A stretch of 61,744 nucleotides of DNA, filler included, from Collodictyon triciliatum (lineage: Eukaryota), in NCBI GenBank assembly GCA_043381765.1. It is 3 parts of 3 records of this genome, joined end to end, with 100 filler letters (N's around TTAATTAATTAA, not from the genome) between each part and the next. Parts side by side here need not be neighbours in the genome. Positions count along the whole stretch, not along the records: positions 22,569 to 44,840 come from JBHJMP010001155.1; positions 44,941 to 61,744 come from JBHJMP010001160.1; 1 more part is not named here. The stretch is one strand, 5' to 3'. The notes below the pieces were generated by a model that saw nothing but the letters and a program-made list of their open reading frames with translations, was not told where the DNA came from and did no database searches. The position numbers and the translations under genes are program-made. Below are positions 40,129 through 52,800 of the stretch, in pieces (the stretch's first letter is position 1; each line of letters begins with the position of its first letter).

Positions 40129-42469
40129 ATGAAAGGCAGCTTTCTGTTTGGGAGGGGCAGCACAGGAGAACCGGAGGCCTCGCCGTCCCTGAACGGCTCC
40201 ATCCACTTCGAGCTGTCAAAGACGTCAAAGATCTTTCTTGCCGTGGTCTATTTGGAATGTCTGATTCTCGCCTGCCTTGGATTTGTGTAGGATCCCAGAT
40301 GCTCGAGCCCAGTATCGTTTTTGGTTGCTTCTCTCTCTCTCTCTCTCTCATTTTTTTATTTTTTTTAGTTTCTTGTAAATGTTGAATTTGTGCGATAATG
40401 TCCTATGAAATACATATCTCAGTTCGCTCGGCTTGGACTCTGATAAAGTGACAACATATTACATCGTCCTTTTGCTACTGGCCATCTGCTTTTTGGGCTA
40501 CTCGGCTCACCATGCGGTTTGTGGTGGTTTCCCTTTTACACCCCAAATGTGATTTTCTATCGGTCATCACCTTTTGCCAGATTGTTTGTATGTTTTTGGG
40601 TGACGCGGGGGTTTTCTCTGGTGTGTTCTTACAGGTTACCAATGAGAATCAATATGAGCTTGTTGCATTTATCTTGACGTCTCTGGTCCTTTATATCCGC
40701 GTTGTCATCAATTATGTCTATGAGAACGAACAAGACGACGATGTCGACGACATTTTCCTGTTCGCCCTAGTTATCGCATCAATTTTCCAGGTTTTTTTTT
40801 CCTTCATGATAGTTTTTTTTAACTTTTCTAATTTCTAAACAAATCTTATATTTACAGAGTTCACTCATCTTTCTTTCTTTATCTTCCTTAAACTCTCGAT
40901 TTTTATTTCATTTTTTTAAAAGCTCCTGTATTTAAAATATGACTTTATTCATAATTTATTCATTTATACTCCACAGGTAGCCTACTTCATCTTGTCCTGG
41001 AAGGTATATCAGAAATTTGGTTACCGCCTATACAAGACTATCGGGACAGACGTGGAAACTATTCGTATGCCATGCTTGCAGTCAATCAAATAGTCAATTA
41101 CGAGCAAATATATATGTATATATATATTCCCTATGATTTTACATGACCTCATGGCTTTCTTATTCGAATTTGTTGCTGATATTTGGCACAGGTATGTATA
41201 ACTGCTACCTTAGATTCATGAGTTGCTTAAGGTAGTTTTAATTTCATTTTACAGTATTTATTTTTAAAAATGATGAACATAGGGCTGTGTGTTTTTTCGA
41301 TTTGTCTGTTTGTTGGCGGTGGAAAACAAAATCTCATGATTATCATTTTAAACTACCATGTTTTTTTCTTCTCCTTATTATGGGACCTCTGTCCCGCCAC
41401 CCCGTGATAGAATTGACCTCCAGCTTGCACTAATTCTTATTGTCATGGCTGGGTTATTCTTGCTGGACAATGATGACTGGGAACTCTATGGTTTGTGCGG
41501 CGTATATATGATGATGGATCTTTTCTTTATATCCTCGTTACCTTTTGCATTCATAATATCGAATGATTAGTAAGGGAACCCCTCCTTTCAATATTTGAAA
41601 ATAGTGGACATTACTGCTATGATACTCACTGTCATATGGGCCTACGTGGGATACAAATCCGTACGTAATCACACATCATTTAATATTTATTTAATTGTGT
41701 TAGTTCTAGTTCTAGTTCTTTTAGTTCTTTTTCTGTTCTATGTTTTGGTTAATTTTTTAATAGAAACGGAAAGCTAAGCTTTGCAAGAAAAAAATGTAAC
41801 AAAAATGTAAAATGTTTAGATTCGAAAGGAGAAACGGTCATTTATGCTTATTTTCTTCTTGTTCTCGATTGCTGAGCCCATTTATATCATCTACAAATTT
41901 GTCGGGTTCCTGGACAGTGAGTTGCTCTTTCTTCGTCCTGACTAAATCTCTCGATATTGTCAAATTAATTATAGATTGATGATGCATCCAAATCATATAT
42001 ATATGAATAACCCGGAAATTAATGCTCATAAGCGTTTCTCCATAATTCTTTTTATTGAGTCTAACAAGAATCAAAAAAAATCTCCCATTTTCGATAGCCT
42101 GGGATGAAGAAATCGCCCTGGAAACAGTTGCTATTCTAGCTGGTATTGCCCTTCTCTGCCGCGTTGGCGTGATTTATTATGCTTTCGTATGCATCCAAAA
42201 CTTTGGCAAGGGTCTAAGACCAGGTCACAATTCCATAAGTTTTTATAGACTGAACAATTTTTGTCATAGAAAATTTACCACTTTCTCGAATCAAACCTCC
42301 AGAATTCGCTTCTTTCTCCTACGTTTGCTTTATGCTCATGAACCGTCTTGGTCACCAAAGGGCTAACTGACAACACATTGTAGCGTTGGCGAGAGAAGAC
42401 CAACTGACGATGGGGCATCAATCAGAGGACGCAGCTGGAATCTCGCCGCCGTATAGCGCCATCGAATAA
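40129..42469 (+). CDS. Multipass membrane protein, UPF0658-like (about 7 TM)
   Basis: Spliced: MKGSFL...IFLAVVYLECLILACLGFV|SLGLDSDKVTTYYIVLLLLAICFLGYSAHHA|VTNENQYELVAF...VYQKFGYRLYKTIGTD...CIQNFGKGLRP|ALARED...SAIE*. The ENxxEL, FGxxxYKxIGxD and NFGKGL motifs are characteristic of this family as I recall it. Confidence 0.7.
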
Positions 42470-42642
42470 TCCATGGCTTGGATGAGAATGCTGCTATTTA
42501 TCACGAAAAAATTAAATCCATCAATAAACATAAACAACGAATCAAAACGCTGGAAAAATGTATTGCCTTCTTGGGGGGGAATATATTGCGCGTCCACACC
42601 CGACATAACAAAATTGAGGCGGACAAGCAGAACTACAGTGTT

Positions 42643-42648
42643 AAAAAA
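42643..42648 (-). terminator. Pol III terminator (T6) of tRNA-Ser
   Basis: T6 run 3 nt downstream of the tRNA 3' end on the minus strand. Confidence 0.75.
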
Positions 42649-42651
42649 TAT

Positions 42652-42733
42652 CGACACTGACAGGATTTGAACCTGTGCGGGCAGAACCCAACAGATTTCT
42701 AGTCTGTCGCCTTAACCGCTCGGCCACAGTGTC
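42652..42733 (-). tRNA. tRNA-Ser(AGA), intronless, long variable arm
   Basis: Sequence GACACTGTGGCCGAGCGGTTAAGGCGACAGACTAGAAATCTGTTGGGTTCTGCCCGCACAGGTTCAAATCCTGTCAGTGTCG. Acceptor stem GACACTG/CAGTGTC, anticodon stem ACAGA/TCTGT with loop CTAGAAA, T-loop TTCAAAT and discriminator G. Confidence 0.97.
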
Positions 42734-43103
42734 CTCCTTGCATAACAGTGAGGATTATATATATTTGATTTATAATTATGTCGGTCTGTCCCCTCTTTCG
42801 CCGAAGAATCTTCTCCCTGTAGAATTCCAAAACTGGAATGCCGCCTTATTTTCGCCGCAGAAGCCAAGGTATATATACAACCGACAGCTGCGCTTCTGCC
42901 TATCTATATTTATTGAATGCATGCGTTGTTTTTGTTCAATGAGAAACCCAATAACGCCAAGATTTGAACGCAAAGCAAAGACGCATCCCACCTGCTTGCA
43001 TCAGCACAGTCGGATAAGCCCATCTCCACTACTCCCGAGTAACTTGAATCAAAACCCCCGCATAGCAGAGGCCGTCAGCAAAGGACATAGAAATCAGCAG
43101 GAT

Positions 43104-44221
43104 ATGGATGATGACAGCGCGCTTGGCGAATGGATTTTGAAGCCGAATCCCAACCGCTTCGTATTGTTTCCTATTCAGAACCCAGCAGTTTGGTCCATGT
43201 ACAAGAAGGCATTGGCATCGTATGTTGAGAATAATCCCAAACAACACTGATGTATCAAGTATCAGAGAAAAAAAAAGAAAGTATAATACTGAAGCCTAAT
43301 TTTTCTTTTCTTTTTTTCTTTTCGTATTTATACATCGACAGGATTTGGACTGTGGAAGAAATCGACCTGGGGTCGGACCTTCGCGACTGGGAGAGACTCA
43401 CCAAGGATGAAAGGCACTTCATCTCCTATGTCCTCGCCTTCTTTGCAGCCAGTGATGGGATTGTAAATGAGAACCTGGCTCAGCGGTTTTGTCAAGAGGT
43501 CCAGATTCCGGAGGCTCGCTGTTTCTATGGGCTGCAGATGGCCATTGAGAATATACACTCGGAGACTTACAGCCTGCTCATCGATACATACATCAAGAGT
43601 CCGAATCAGAAGGACCACTTGTTCCGCGCCATAGAGACGATTCCGTGTGTAAAGAAGAAGGCAGAATGGGCGATGAAGTGGATTAACAGCAACCGCTCCT
43701 TTGCAGAGAGACTCGTTGCGTTTGCTGCTGTGGAGGGTATCTTCTTCTCTGGAAGCTTCTGTGCCATTTTCTGGCTGAAAAAAAGGGGTCTGATGCCCGG
43801 GCTGTCCTTCTCGAACGAGCTTATCAGTCGGGATGAAGGATTGCATTGTGACTTTGCCTGTCTGTTGTACTCCATGCTAGAGAACAAACTGCCAGAAACG
43901 CGCATCCAAGAGATTATTTGTGAGGCTGTCGATATTGAAAAAGAGTTCACCACCGAGTCGCTTCCTGTCAGTCTGATTGGCATGAACTCGAATCTGATGG
44001 TACAGTATATTCAGTTTGTATCCGACCGGCTTCTCCTGGCTCTTGGATGCCGCAAAGTATACCACTGCTCAAACCCATTTGACTGGATGGACTTGATTTC
44101 CTTGGAAGGGAAAGCAAACTTCTTTGAGCGACGCGTAGGAGACTACCAAAAGGCAAACGTGGCCACAACCACCACAAAATCGACACCAAACTACAGTTTT
44201 ACCTTGGATGCCGACTTCTAG
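43104..44221 (+). CDS. RRM2: Ribonucleoside-diphosphate reductase small (R2/beta) subunit, class Ia
   Basis: Exons 43104-43219 and 43342-44221. [30 protein letters not shown] (Fe ligands and radical Tyr), [18 protein letters not shown] and C-terminal FTLDADF. An upstream in-frame start cannot be excluded. Confidence 0.97.
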
Positions 44222-44520
44222 AATCTGTGCTGCATGGTTGCTTCCTTTGCACGCCCTGTCGGTGGAGTCTTCCATGGTGAGAGTATGTATGTGTGCGATG
44301 TTGTGTAGTTGGCCTGATTTGCTTGGCTGTCTTTCTGTCTTTCTGTCTTTCTGTCTTTCTGTCTTTCTGTCTTTCTGTCATTCTGTCATTCTGTCATTCT
44401 GTGAGTTTACGAATAAAAAAGAAAAGGCGATGTTGAAATGTCGAAAAGAAAAGACTCGAAGGCCAGTGCCTTTGATGCGGGTTAGCAGAACCCGGTCGGC
44501 TTTATTCGAGCGGGTGCGCT

Positions 44521-44678
44521 CTAGTGTGACTCTGGTGCTTGTTGTGGAGAATCAAAGGCCTTTGCGAGGAATGTAAAGACGGTGGACCAGAAGTGCGAGC
44601 GGATGCCGATGTTGCGGATTCCGTGTCGCTCGTTGGGGAGGAAGTTCAGCTGGTGCGGCTTGCCGGCCAGAAGCATTG
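44521..44678 (-). CDS. Last exon of an S9B dipeptidyl peptidase (DPP8/9 or DPP4-like); rest of the gene lies beyond the contig end
   Basis: Not in the ORF track. After acceptor AATAG it reads MLLAGKPHQLNFLPNERHGIRNIGIRSHFWSTVFTFLAKAF...SH*, containing the GKP...PxERHxIR catalytic-His motif. Confidence 0.8.
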
Positions 44679-44710
44679 CTATTGTGCGGATGCGGGCGGT
44701 TTGTCTCTTT

Positions 44711-44836
44711 CTTTTTCACTCTTTTTCACTCTTTTTCACTCTTTTTCACTCTTTTTCACTCTTTTTCACTCTTTTTCACTCTTTTTCACTCTTTTTCACT
44801 CTTTTTCACTCTTTTTCACTCTTTTTCACTCTTTTT
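44711..44836. repeat. (CTTTTTCACT)n 10-bp tandem repeat at contig end
   Basis: About 12 units. Confidence 0.95.
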
Positions 44837-44840
44837 CCCT

Positions 44841-44940
44841 NNNNNNNNNNNNNNNNNNNNNNNNNNNNNNNNNNNNNNNNNNNNTTAATTAATTAANNNN
44901 NNNNNNNNNNNNNNNNNNNNNNNNNNNNNNNNNNNNNNNN
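44841..44940. other. Artificial contig spacer N44-TTAATTAATTAA-N44
   Basis: Identical to 22469-22568. Confidence 0.95.
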
Positions 44941-44980
44941 TTTTATTATTTTTTTTTTTTTTTTTTTTTGCTTTATGTAG

Positions 44981-46899
44981 GACCAGCTCAGAAATATCAT
45001 AGAAAAACATGGCCTCAGCGACGAGCCACTCATTTTCTATGCTCGCCCAAAGCAAAAAATATCCGCCATTGCTGAATCTCCAGAACCCGGTAATATGTCT
45101 ATACAAACATAGAGAAAACACCTGATTAAAAACAAAAAGTCTGTGTTGTAAGTAAATAATATATTCATTGGATTCATTCAGAGAAAGAGGAGCCTGCGGT
45201 AACCCTCCAGAAGACCACAGAGCCGGAAGTTACGAAAGATGATTCAACATCTTCGCCCGAGAAACCTATGCAAGTTGGAGATATCGACCTTTCTGATGAC
45301 AAACAAGCAACGGTAGGTTCATCCTCTTTACTGAATAACTTTGAGGTTTAGCGAATCCAAATAATTAAAGTCTTCACTTTCCTTGGTCTTTGTATAGATA
45401 CACGTCCATCTCGTGAATGATGATGGCACTGACACTTTTTGTCAATGTCCTTCTGATACAAGTTTCTGGGACTTTACTCGAGTAATTCGATCAGCATACG
45501 GCTCTCCCATTTGTTTCCGAGAAACTGCATTCTCTGAGGTTACTTTCCCATAGATGAAGGACTCTTACCTATTCATCCTGTGTTTTTGACCATGAGATAA
45601 AAGAGAATATGGAAACAAAACAACATATTTACCCTTTTACTTCCACGACCAGCCCCTAACGACGACCAGTCATTTCGAAAGACTTTTAAAAGCGTTCCAA
45701 GAATCAAGAGAAAAATATCTTACTTTACACGTCCATCACATCACGGACCTAGGTATGACGTTATTTATACCTATACTCATAGTAGCGTGTCAATTCACTA
45801 AACTAAACTCATCTATCAGACATTGAAACTGTGGATGAATTTGAGCATATCTATGAGGAAAAGAAAACTAACGTATTTTTTAGCTTCTGTATTCCACTTT
45901 TGTAAAATAATAAATAAGCGAATAAGTTTGTCTTTTTCTTTTTCTTTACTCGAATTCTCGTCCCTGATAGCTTGAATCTGTAGGCTTTCATTCGGTGTAA
46001 AGTAGATGACAACCAGCCTTTCAATTGTATGTTCCCTATACCCTTGACATTCCAGCAACTGTACGACCAACTCAAGGGAATAGGGGATGGAATAACTTCA
46101 CTCTCAGTCAAATTTGCCGACGTAATTTTTATTCCTTTTTTTTTTTATCATCCTTGGGAACCAGGTAATTAATGCTAAACTGCTTTCAATCAAACTTAGA
46201 TTGACGAAGTGTCTATTCATAACGACGCACAATTCCAAGAAATTCTTAGGAGCTACCAACTTAGTTTATACAAATACCTCGATGTGGTTCTCGTTAACCT
46301 TCCACCACTTGGTGAGCTATCTCATCTATAGCGTAATTTTGTTTGTTTTAAGGTGTTTACACTACTTAATTTACAGATGCAGACACTGAAGAGGACATTA
46401 TTCAAGAGAAGAAAAAGCGGGTATTTTGTTTATTTTCTATTCTCGAAAGATACCATGAAAGACACATCCTCCCATTTAAGCGACGTAATCAACTTTTATT
46501 GATTAGTTGCACTTCACGGTGATGGTAGACGATATTCCTCTCGATATGATATGCCCCCACGATGTCCAATATGAAGACTTTGTGTCCCAACTGAAAAATA
46601 TAGTAAATGGTCACTTTAAGGTCTGTATGTTGTATCTCATCCAAAGGCTCTATCTCTATTACATGGATGAAGAGAGAAAAAAATAATCCAACAATTCAAC
46701 CTCATTCCAAGGATGAACAATCATGTGCTAACAATTGCATAATATAATATAGCTATTCATTCCAAATCGTACATCCACATCAACCCAAGATGTGAGCGAC
46801 CACGAGACCTTTTCAAAAACCATCGGTGAATTTAAGTTAACTGCAGAACCGACCCTGATGATGCAAGTACAGCGGGTTGCAGAACCTGGAGACGAGTGA
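44981..46899 (+). CDS. Protein with at least 3 tandem ~85-aa PB1/ubiquitin-fold-like repeats; 5' partial
   Basis: Spliced repeats: IHVHLVNDDGTDTFCQCPSDTSFWDFTRVIRSAYG; AFIRCKVDDNQPFNCMFPIPLTFQQLYDQLKGI...VSIHNDAQFQEIL; LHFTVMVDDIPLDMICPHDVQYEDFVSQLKNIV...VSDHETFSKTI. Fold is inferred from the pattern. Confidence 0.55.
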
Positions 46900-46950
46900 T
46901 TCTATATATACGAGCAGTTTCACCTTGATACCAGTTTTATCTCGATGGGG

Positions 46951-46981
<31 letters not shown>

Positions 46982-47267
46982 GAGAAATAATAATAGTAAA
47001 GGAATTACCTATCCAGCCATAGGTGATATGTTTATAAATTCCCTGAATTATGAGATAAAGGTATACTCTAGAACTGTTCATGTCCTGGTTTCAAAAAATA
47101 TGAGATACCATAATTTTTTTTCTTGTTGAAAGTGAATGGAAAATCATAAACACTACGAACATCACCCTCTTACAAATCCCGTTGTTGTATGTCTCTTTTA
47201 TTTGGTGTGAATCTTCACTGCGTGAGTGTATTGCCAGTTGTATGGCTTCAAAGAAGCTTTGGTCATT

Positions 47268-48211
47268 AATTATTGACCAACTGCTATGCTAGTGAACACG
47301 TAGTCCTTGGAAAGAAGGTATGCAAGAATAAAAATAGACCGAAAAACATACAGACTGTAGAACAAAGTTCAATATAAAAATACTCTGCACTTCAGCTCCA
47401 GTTCTTAGGTACCTCAGTGCGTAGATACAACTTGCCAACATTCCAGTTAGCCGAATAGAGTGACTCTCCAATCTCTGACAGACTACCACACTCAGAAGGG
47501 GGATAACGGGTGTGATAACCTTTATCATGTGCTTATATAAGAAGGAGCCCATCCCAAATCTCCCTCTTTTCCTGCAAATATGGACCACCATGGCCAGAAG
47601 AGAGGATGGCTGGAGGATTCCTTGCAGTGCCCTTGTTATTTCACATTTAATCGCCCATACCAGCGTCAAACCACTGGAGGTCGATGACAGAAGGTTCGCT
47701 CTATTAATCGTATGATTACTTGTATTTCCCCGTCGAAAAATCACGGAACGCCTCAGAATGTGGCACTCTTTCTGGATTTGTTGTATTTGTCGCTCCAAGT
47801 TCACGAGGTGTTCTAATGAATAAAAGGTTGCGTATTAAACCCCACCCAAGGCTATAATTAATGTGGGTTAGGAAGATTTATACCTCGTCTTAGTCTTTTT
47901 CGTGACAAGGGATTATATGCGCCATTCTCTGCAGGCTGTAGGTTGTGAAGGTGAAACTGAGTTGATTTTGAGCTATTATCAAGCGTCGTGGCAACCTCTG
48001 TGGTATGTTTGAGCTTTTCGAGATACAAGCTGTGTTTTATTATCCGCACCTCCTGGGGCTTCTCGATGCTTTGATACTTGGCCGAATGACTCTTTTCGCC
48101 ATGACAAATGGTACGAAAAGTGATTTCGGACTTTTTGTGCATCAATTTTCTCTTGAAGTTTATTCCCTGTGGATTGTCCGATTGATTTGCCGTTCCAAAG
48201 TTTGGTGCCAT
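47268..48211 (-). CDS. Hypothetical protein with coiled coil and C-terminal hydrophobic segments
   Basis: ORFs 47858-48211 and 47289-47804 can be joined by a GT-AG intron (~47883-47814); LERQIQQIQKECHILRR is a coiled-coil pattern. Ends are uncertain and no family was recognised. Confidence 0.5.
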
Positions 48212-48632
48212 TTCTCTAGCGGTGTCCTAAGATAAGCAAAAGTCTTCTCTGCAGTTATGTTGTGGCGCTGCGCAATAATTAAAATCACCAATGAGTTTTC
48301 TAACGCCTCTCATTGTGCTTATCAAATCTATACCGGCGTTTTGCACCAGAATTTATATAACTTTTTTTTTTTTGGCCGCATATTCAAATTGGTAAAGCCT
48401 TGTCAATGTCCCGTGTTTGAAACAGAGGGCATTTATTCACCATAAACTATATGCGGTCTAGGCATACGGAAGTGATTGTATTATGTACTGAAAGTTCTTT
48501 GGGACAAAATAGCGCAGCAGCAGCAAACCCTTGCAACCACGACAGATGGAAGAGAACGAAAAAGAAAAAAAGTAGGAAAGCTAAGTGCTGGGTGCTGAGC
48601 AGGGGTTATTCACATTAACTAAGTATTGCACT

Positions 48633-49037
48633 NNNNNNNNNNNNNNNNNNNNNNNNNNNNNNNNNNNNNNNNNNNNNNNNNNNNNNNNNNNNNNNNNNNN
48701 NNNNNNNNNNNNNNNNNNNNNNNNNNNNNNNNNNNNNNNNNNNNNNNNNNNNNNNNNNNNNNNNNNNNNNNNNNNNNNNNNNNNNNNNNNNNNNNNNNNN
48801 NNNNNNNNNNNNNNNNNNNNNNNNNNNNNNNNNNNNNNNNNNNNNNNNNNNNNNNNNNNNNNNNNNNNNNNNNNNNNNNNNNNNNNNNNNNNNNNNNNNN
48901 NNNNNNNNNNNNNNNNNNNNNNNNNNNNNNNNNNNNNNNNNNNNNNNNNNNNNNNNNNNNNNNNNNNNNNNNNNNNNNNNNNNNNNNNNNNNNNNNNNNN
49001 NNNNNNNNNNNNNNNNNNNNNNNNNNNNNNNNNNNNN
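48633..49037. other. Assembly gap (N run)
   Basis: N run. Confidence 0.99.
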
Positions 49038-50984
49038 GGCTGGCGCCCACAGCATAGGTGAAGGAATTTTCGAACCCAGAATGCAAGAGACTCTGTTGTG
49101 GTAAATATCAAAAAGTAAAGAATCCCAACGACGCCTGTTGTTACTATATGGAGCTCCCAAAGTTCAAAAAGTCCTTCAATGCCTGATTGCTTGTCCATTT
49201 TCACTCGATTGCTGAATGAAATACAAAAAACGACACAAAAGCAAACGATGAATGTAATTTGACGAAGAACTCTAAAGTAAAATCCTCTTCTTCGAATTTC
49301 GTCCAGTCCCCGCGATTTCGACCTAATTATCTGTACCATTCGTTTTTTGTTTGTTTGTTTGTTTGTTTGTTTGTTTGTTTGTTTGTTTGTTTGTTTGTTT
49401 GTTTGTTTGTTTGTTTGTTTGTTTGTTTGTTTGTTTGTTTNTTTGTTTGTTTGTTTGTTTGTTTGTTTGTTTGTTTGTTTGTTTGTTTGTTTGTTTGTTT
49501 GTTTGTTTGTTTGTTTGTTTGTTTGTTTGTTTGTTTGTTAGATTTTTTCAAAGAAAAAGAAACAAAGAAAGTGGTATTGCAAACTGTTCCAAAAGAGTGA
49601 ATCAATGATGAGAGAAGATGGCAGGATAGAAAAGAAGAGAAAAGTCTTGAAGAAAAAAGTGTAGAACACAAAGAGAGAGAACAAATAAAATTTGAAATAT
49701 CAGAGCTCACCTTAAAAACCTTATGTATCGTGCTTATCCACATGAAAGCCCCAATAACGAGGTAGAAGCACATTTGAAGAAAAAACACTCCCATCTGCAA
49801 CTCAAAGTTTTTACCTTTAATCCAACACCTTAAAATTCCATATATATTTGTATTTAGTCTTTTTCCGATTGATATTCATAAATTAATATAAAAATAAAAA
49901 TTACATTTTCAATTAAAATTGTACACTTCATATGGTAAGATGGTGCTCAAAGGGCCTGAAATGGCCACCATTCTTTTGGAATAGATGAATAATAATGATA
50001 CAAACCAAAAACCACTGTTTCCTAACTGGTCTGTCAGCAATAAACCAATTGATATAATAAAAGAAGATCCCCAGACCACGACATGGTAGTACTTTGTTCC
50101 TGTCTAAAAGAAATCATCACAATTATAAAAAAAAAAAAACTTAAAATTCTCCATCCGTTTGTTTCTTCTTTTTTTTTTGCAATATATAAAGGAAAAGTTT
50201 AGGATTTATCATTTACCTTTTTAACTTCTAGTTTTCCTTGCACAATCGAAATCCACATATGAAGCGTCATTGAAAACCACCACATGATAACAGAGTTCAG
50301 GAAGAATTCTACGATGAATGCTGACTCCAACCATTTAAAACAATATTTTAGGCTAAAACCGATGATTTAATAACAAAATTAAAAATATTAACCATAGCGA
50401 TGAGAGAATTTAATATGATACCCGTAAGAATTAATAATATATCGATTGAAATGAGTTGACTTTTTAATTTCCTAACCCTGAACAATGCACCAGTTTTCTC
50501 CATCTAAGAATTTTTCTCTACCCACAAGTTCAACAAGCAGCAAACTTAGGTTGAAACCACCAGAAGCAAGCCCAAAAAATATCGATAGGGTTGATGTTCC
50601 TCTTTTCCTATATGAATAAAAAAAAAGTAGAATTTTATTGGATTTCAAGAATCATATAATATACCAAAACAATACCACAGAATTCAACAGAGCCGATGTT
50701 TTAAGTGCTGAATGTTTAGTTCAATCGAAAACATTTCAGAAAAATATGCGTATGATTAAATAATACATAGACAGTCTATCTAAATGAAAAACATAAAGTG
50801 AGATAAGGGAAAAAAACCAAAGCTGCCTTTACCTTGACTCCTGGTTTAGATAGTAGGTTAGTGCGGTGAAAAAACAGAGGATAACCGAGGCGATGTTCAT
50901 TCCAAACATGACCTGGTAAAGCTTATCCACTTCCGAAGTCTTCAGCCCCAGGAGGAGCGGATTCAGCAGATAATACTCTGACAT
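49038..50984 (-). CDS. 7-TM GPCR, cAMP-receptor-like/GCR1-type; 3' end runs into the gap
   Basis: Spliced TM1-7: IASVILCFFTALTYY; ENWCIVQ|AFIVEFFLNSVIMWWFSMTLHMW; YYHVVVWG; GFW|CWIK (ECL2 Cys); QITFIVCFCVVFCISF; GVVGILYFLIF. Confidence 0.85.
49345..49539. repeat. (TTTG)n microsatellite, intronic
   Basis: Direct read. Confidence 0.95.
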
Positions 50985-51011
50985 ATTCTGCAAAACAAGT
51001 GAGGGAGAAAA

Positions 51012-51020
51012 TAAGAAAAT

Positions 51021-51062
<42 letters not shown>

Positions 51063-51105
51063 AAGAAAGAAACAAAGAAAGAAAAAGAAAGAAACAAAGA
51101 AAGAA

Positions 51106-51144
<39 letters not shown>

Positions 51145-51216
51145 AAAAAAGAATGAAAAAAACAAAGGAAGAAATAAAGAAACAAAGGAAGAAACAAAGA
51201 AAGAAACAAAAAAAAA
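51012..51216. repeat. (AAAG/AAAC)n low-complexity repeat upstream of the GPCR ATG
   Basis: Direct read. Confidence 0.9.
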
Positions 51217-52059
51217 GTTTTCCAAAGATCAGCACTGGCTTCTAGCACAGGGCTGCACGGATCGAAACAAAGTGAGAGGAAACTGTACGATCAGTCCCAG
51301 GCAGGGAGATGCAACCAGCACGAGCATCTGGGCAATTTCTGTTTGTGCTTTCTCTTTCCTTTCTTTTTTCTCTTTCCTTTTTCTTTTTCTTTTTTCAACT
51401 GATTAAAATGTATGTCTCATTTATATTCCTTTGTTTACAGCCGTTTTCAGAGGAAAAGATCCCGGTTGGATCTCTTTTATTTAGGGAGAAGCCGTCGCCC
51501 CATCTTTATTAAATGTGGAAATTATTGACAATAAGAATTATAGAGAATATATAAACCTATATTCTAACAAATATGACACAAATTTCAATATATATTGTTA
51601 AAAATGCAAAATTATAGTGGCATTTACCATATATGTAGAGGTCTTCAGTCCATTTACCAATCTTTAGTAATCCAGCAATTTTTGGCTATACATAGAAATT
51701 TCCTGTGAATTTCTATTCGATGGGCTTCCTCTTTCGTCGCGTGTCAAGACTGATTATTTCTCTGGAACCAAAGAAAGCCAGAAACACAACAGAATTCTTG
51801 GCCCAAGCAGACGTAAGACACTTCCCACGAATTTCCAAAGAGAAAAAGCAAGAGCCCTGCGTGTTCCGGCCTTATGTACAACTTGCATTGCCCTTACCCT
51901 TGTCCCAACACTTGGCCGCCTCCAACCCCACGAGCCGCTCTAACTCACTCACACGATAAACTGCCCTACCTCTCGCACCTTCACGCAACTCACAACACCA
52001 ACACAACTCTAGACAGACAGCAAACGAAGCCGGCCCACCAGCCAACTCACCCGCCGGGG

Positions 52060-52800
52060 ATGTCACAAAGCATCGCCACTCAGATCAGCACGTACATGCA
52101 GTCCATCACCCAGCGCCAGAGCGTCCTGCTGACAGTCTTTGACCTCTCCATGGACGAGCCTCGGTCGGTGGCGTTGACAGCCACACCCACGACTCCACAA
52201 ACGGCATGCCCACCCCAAGGCGCTGGCCAGTATGAGGCCCTGTCAGAAAACAACAGGAACGTCACGATGGTTGGCTCGATCGCGCAGCTGCTCCAGCGGG
52301 CCGAAGAGTACCAGATTGTGGGCCACGGAAGCATGATTGCCGCAGTCCTGTATGTGCATCGCTTCTTGCGCATGAGCCAGTCTCCACTCACGGCAGCAAA
52401 CTCTGTGCCTCTCTTCACGGCAGCGCTGTGTGTGGCAAACAAATACCTGGAAGACGTGCCCTACAACAACCTAACCTTCTCACGCCTGTCAGGCATTCCG
52501 ACTCGTCTTCTTTCTCATTTGGAGCTGCACTTCCTCGCAGCTATCCGCTTTCGCATGGCCATCTCGCAGGAAAACTTCCGTGACTTGGAGACACTCTTTG
52601 TGATGCCAGTAGCGTCTTCTTCGGTTTCTTCGCTTTCGACTGTCTCTCTTCCAAATGCCCCTGTACTTCTTGTCTCTTCATCATCGTCTCTCTCCTCCTC
52701 AAATTCCTCAAGCTCCCTGACCCGGAGTTCATCGTCGTCTCGTTCTCGAACTCCTTCATCTCGTCGCCTCCGAACAGCTGCAACTGGATCCACACTATGA
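52060..52800 (+). CDS. PHO80/PCL/U-type cyclin with Ser-rich tail, intronless
   Basis: SMIAAVLYVHRF...LFTAALCVANKYLEDVPYNNLTFSRLSGI...LELHFLAAIRFRM is a PHO80-family cyclin box. ATG at 52060. Confidence 0.9.
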   Translation: MSQSIATQISTYMQSITQRQSVLLTVFDLSMDEPRSVALTATPTTPQTACPPQGAGQYEALSENNRNVTMVGSIAQLLQRAEEYQIVGHGSMIAAVLYVHRFLRMSQSPLTAANSVPLFTAALCVANKYLEDVPYNNLTFSRLSGIPTRLLSHLELHFLAAIRFRMAISQENFRDLETLFVMPVASSSVSSLSTVSLPNAPVLLVSSSSSLSSSNSSSSLTRSSSSSRSRTPSSRRLRTAATGSTL

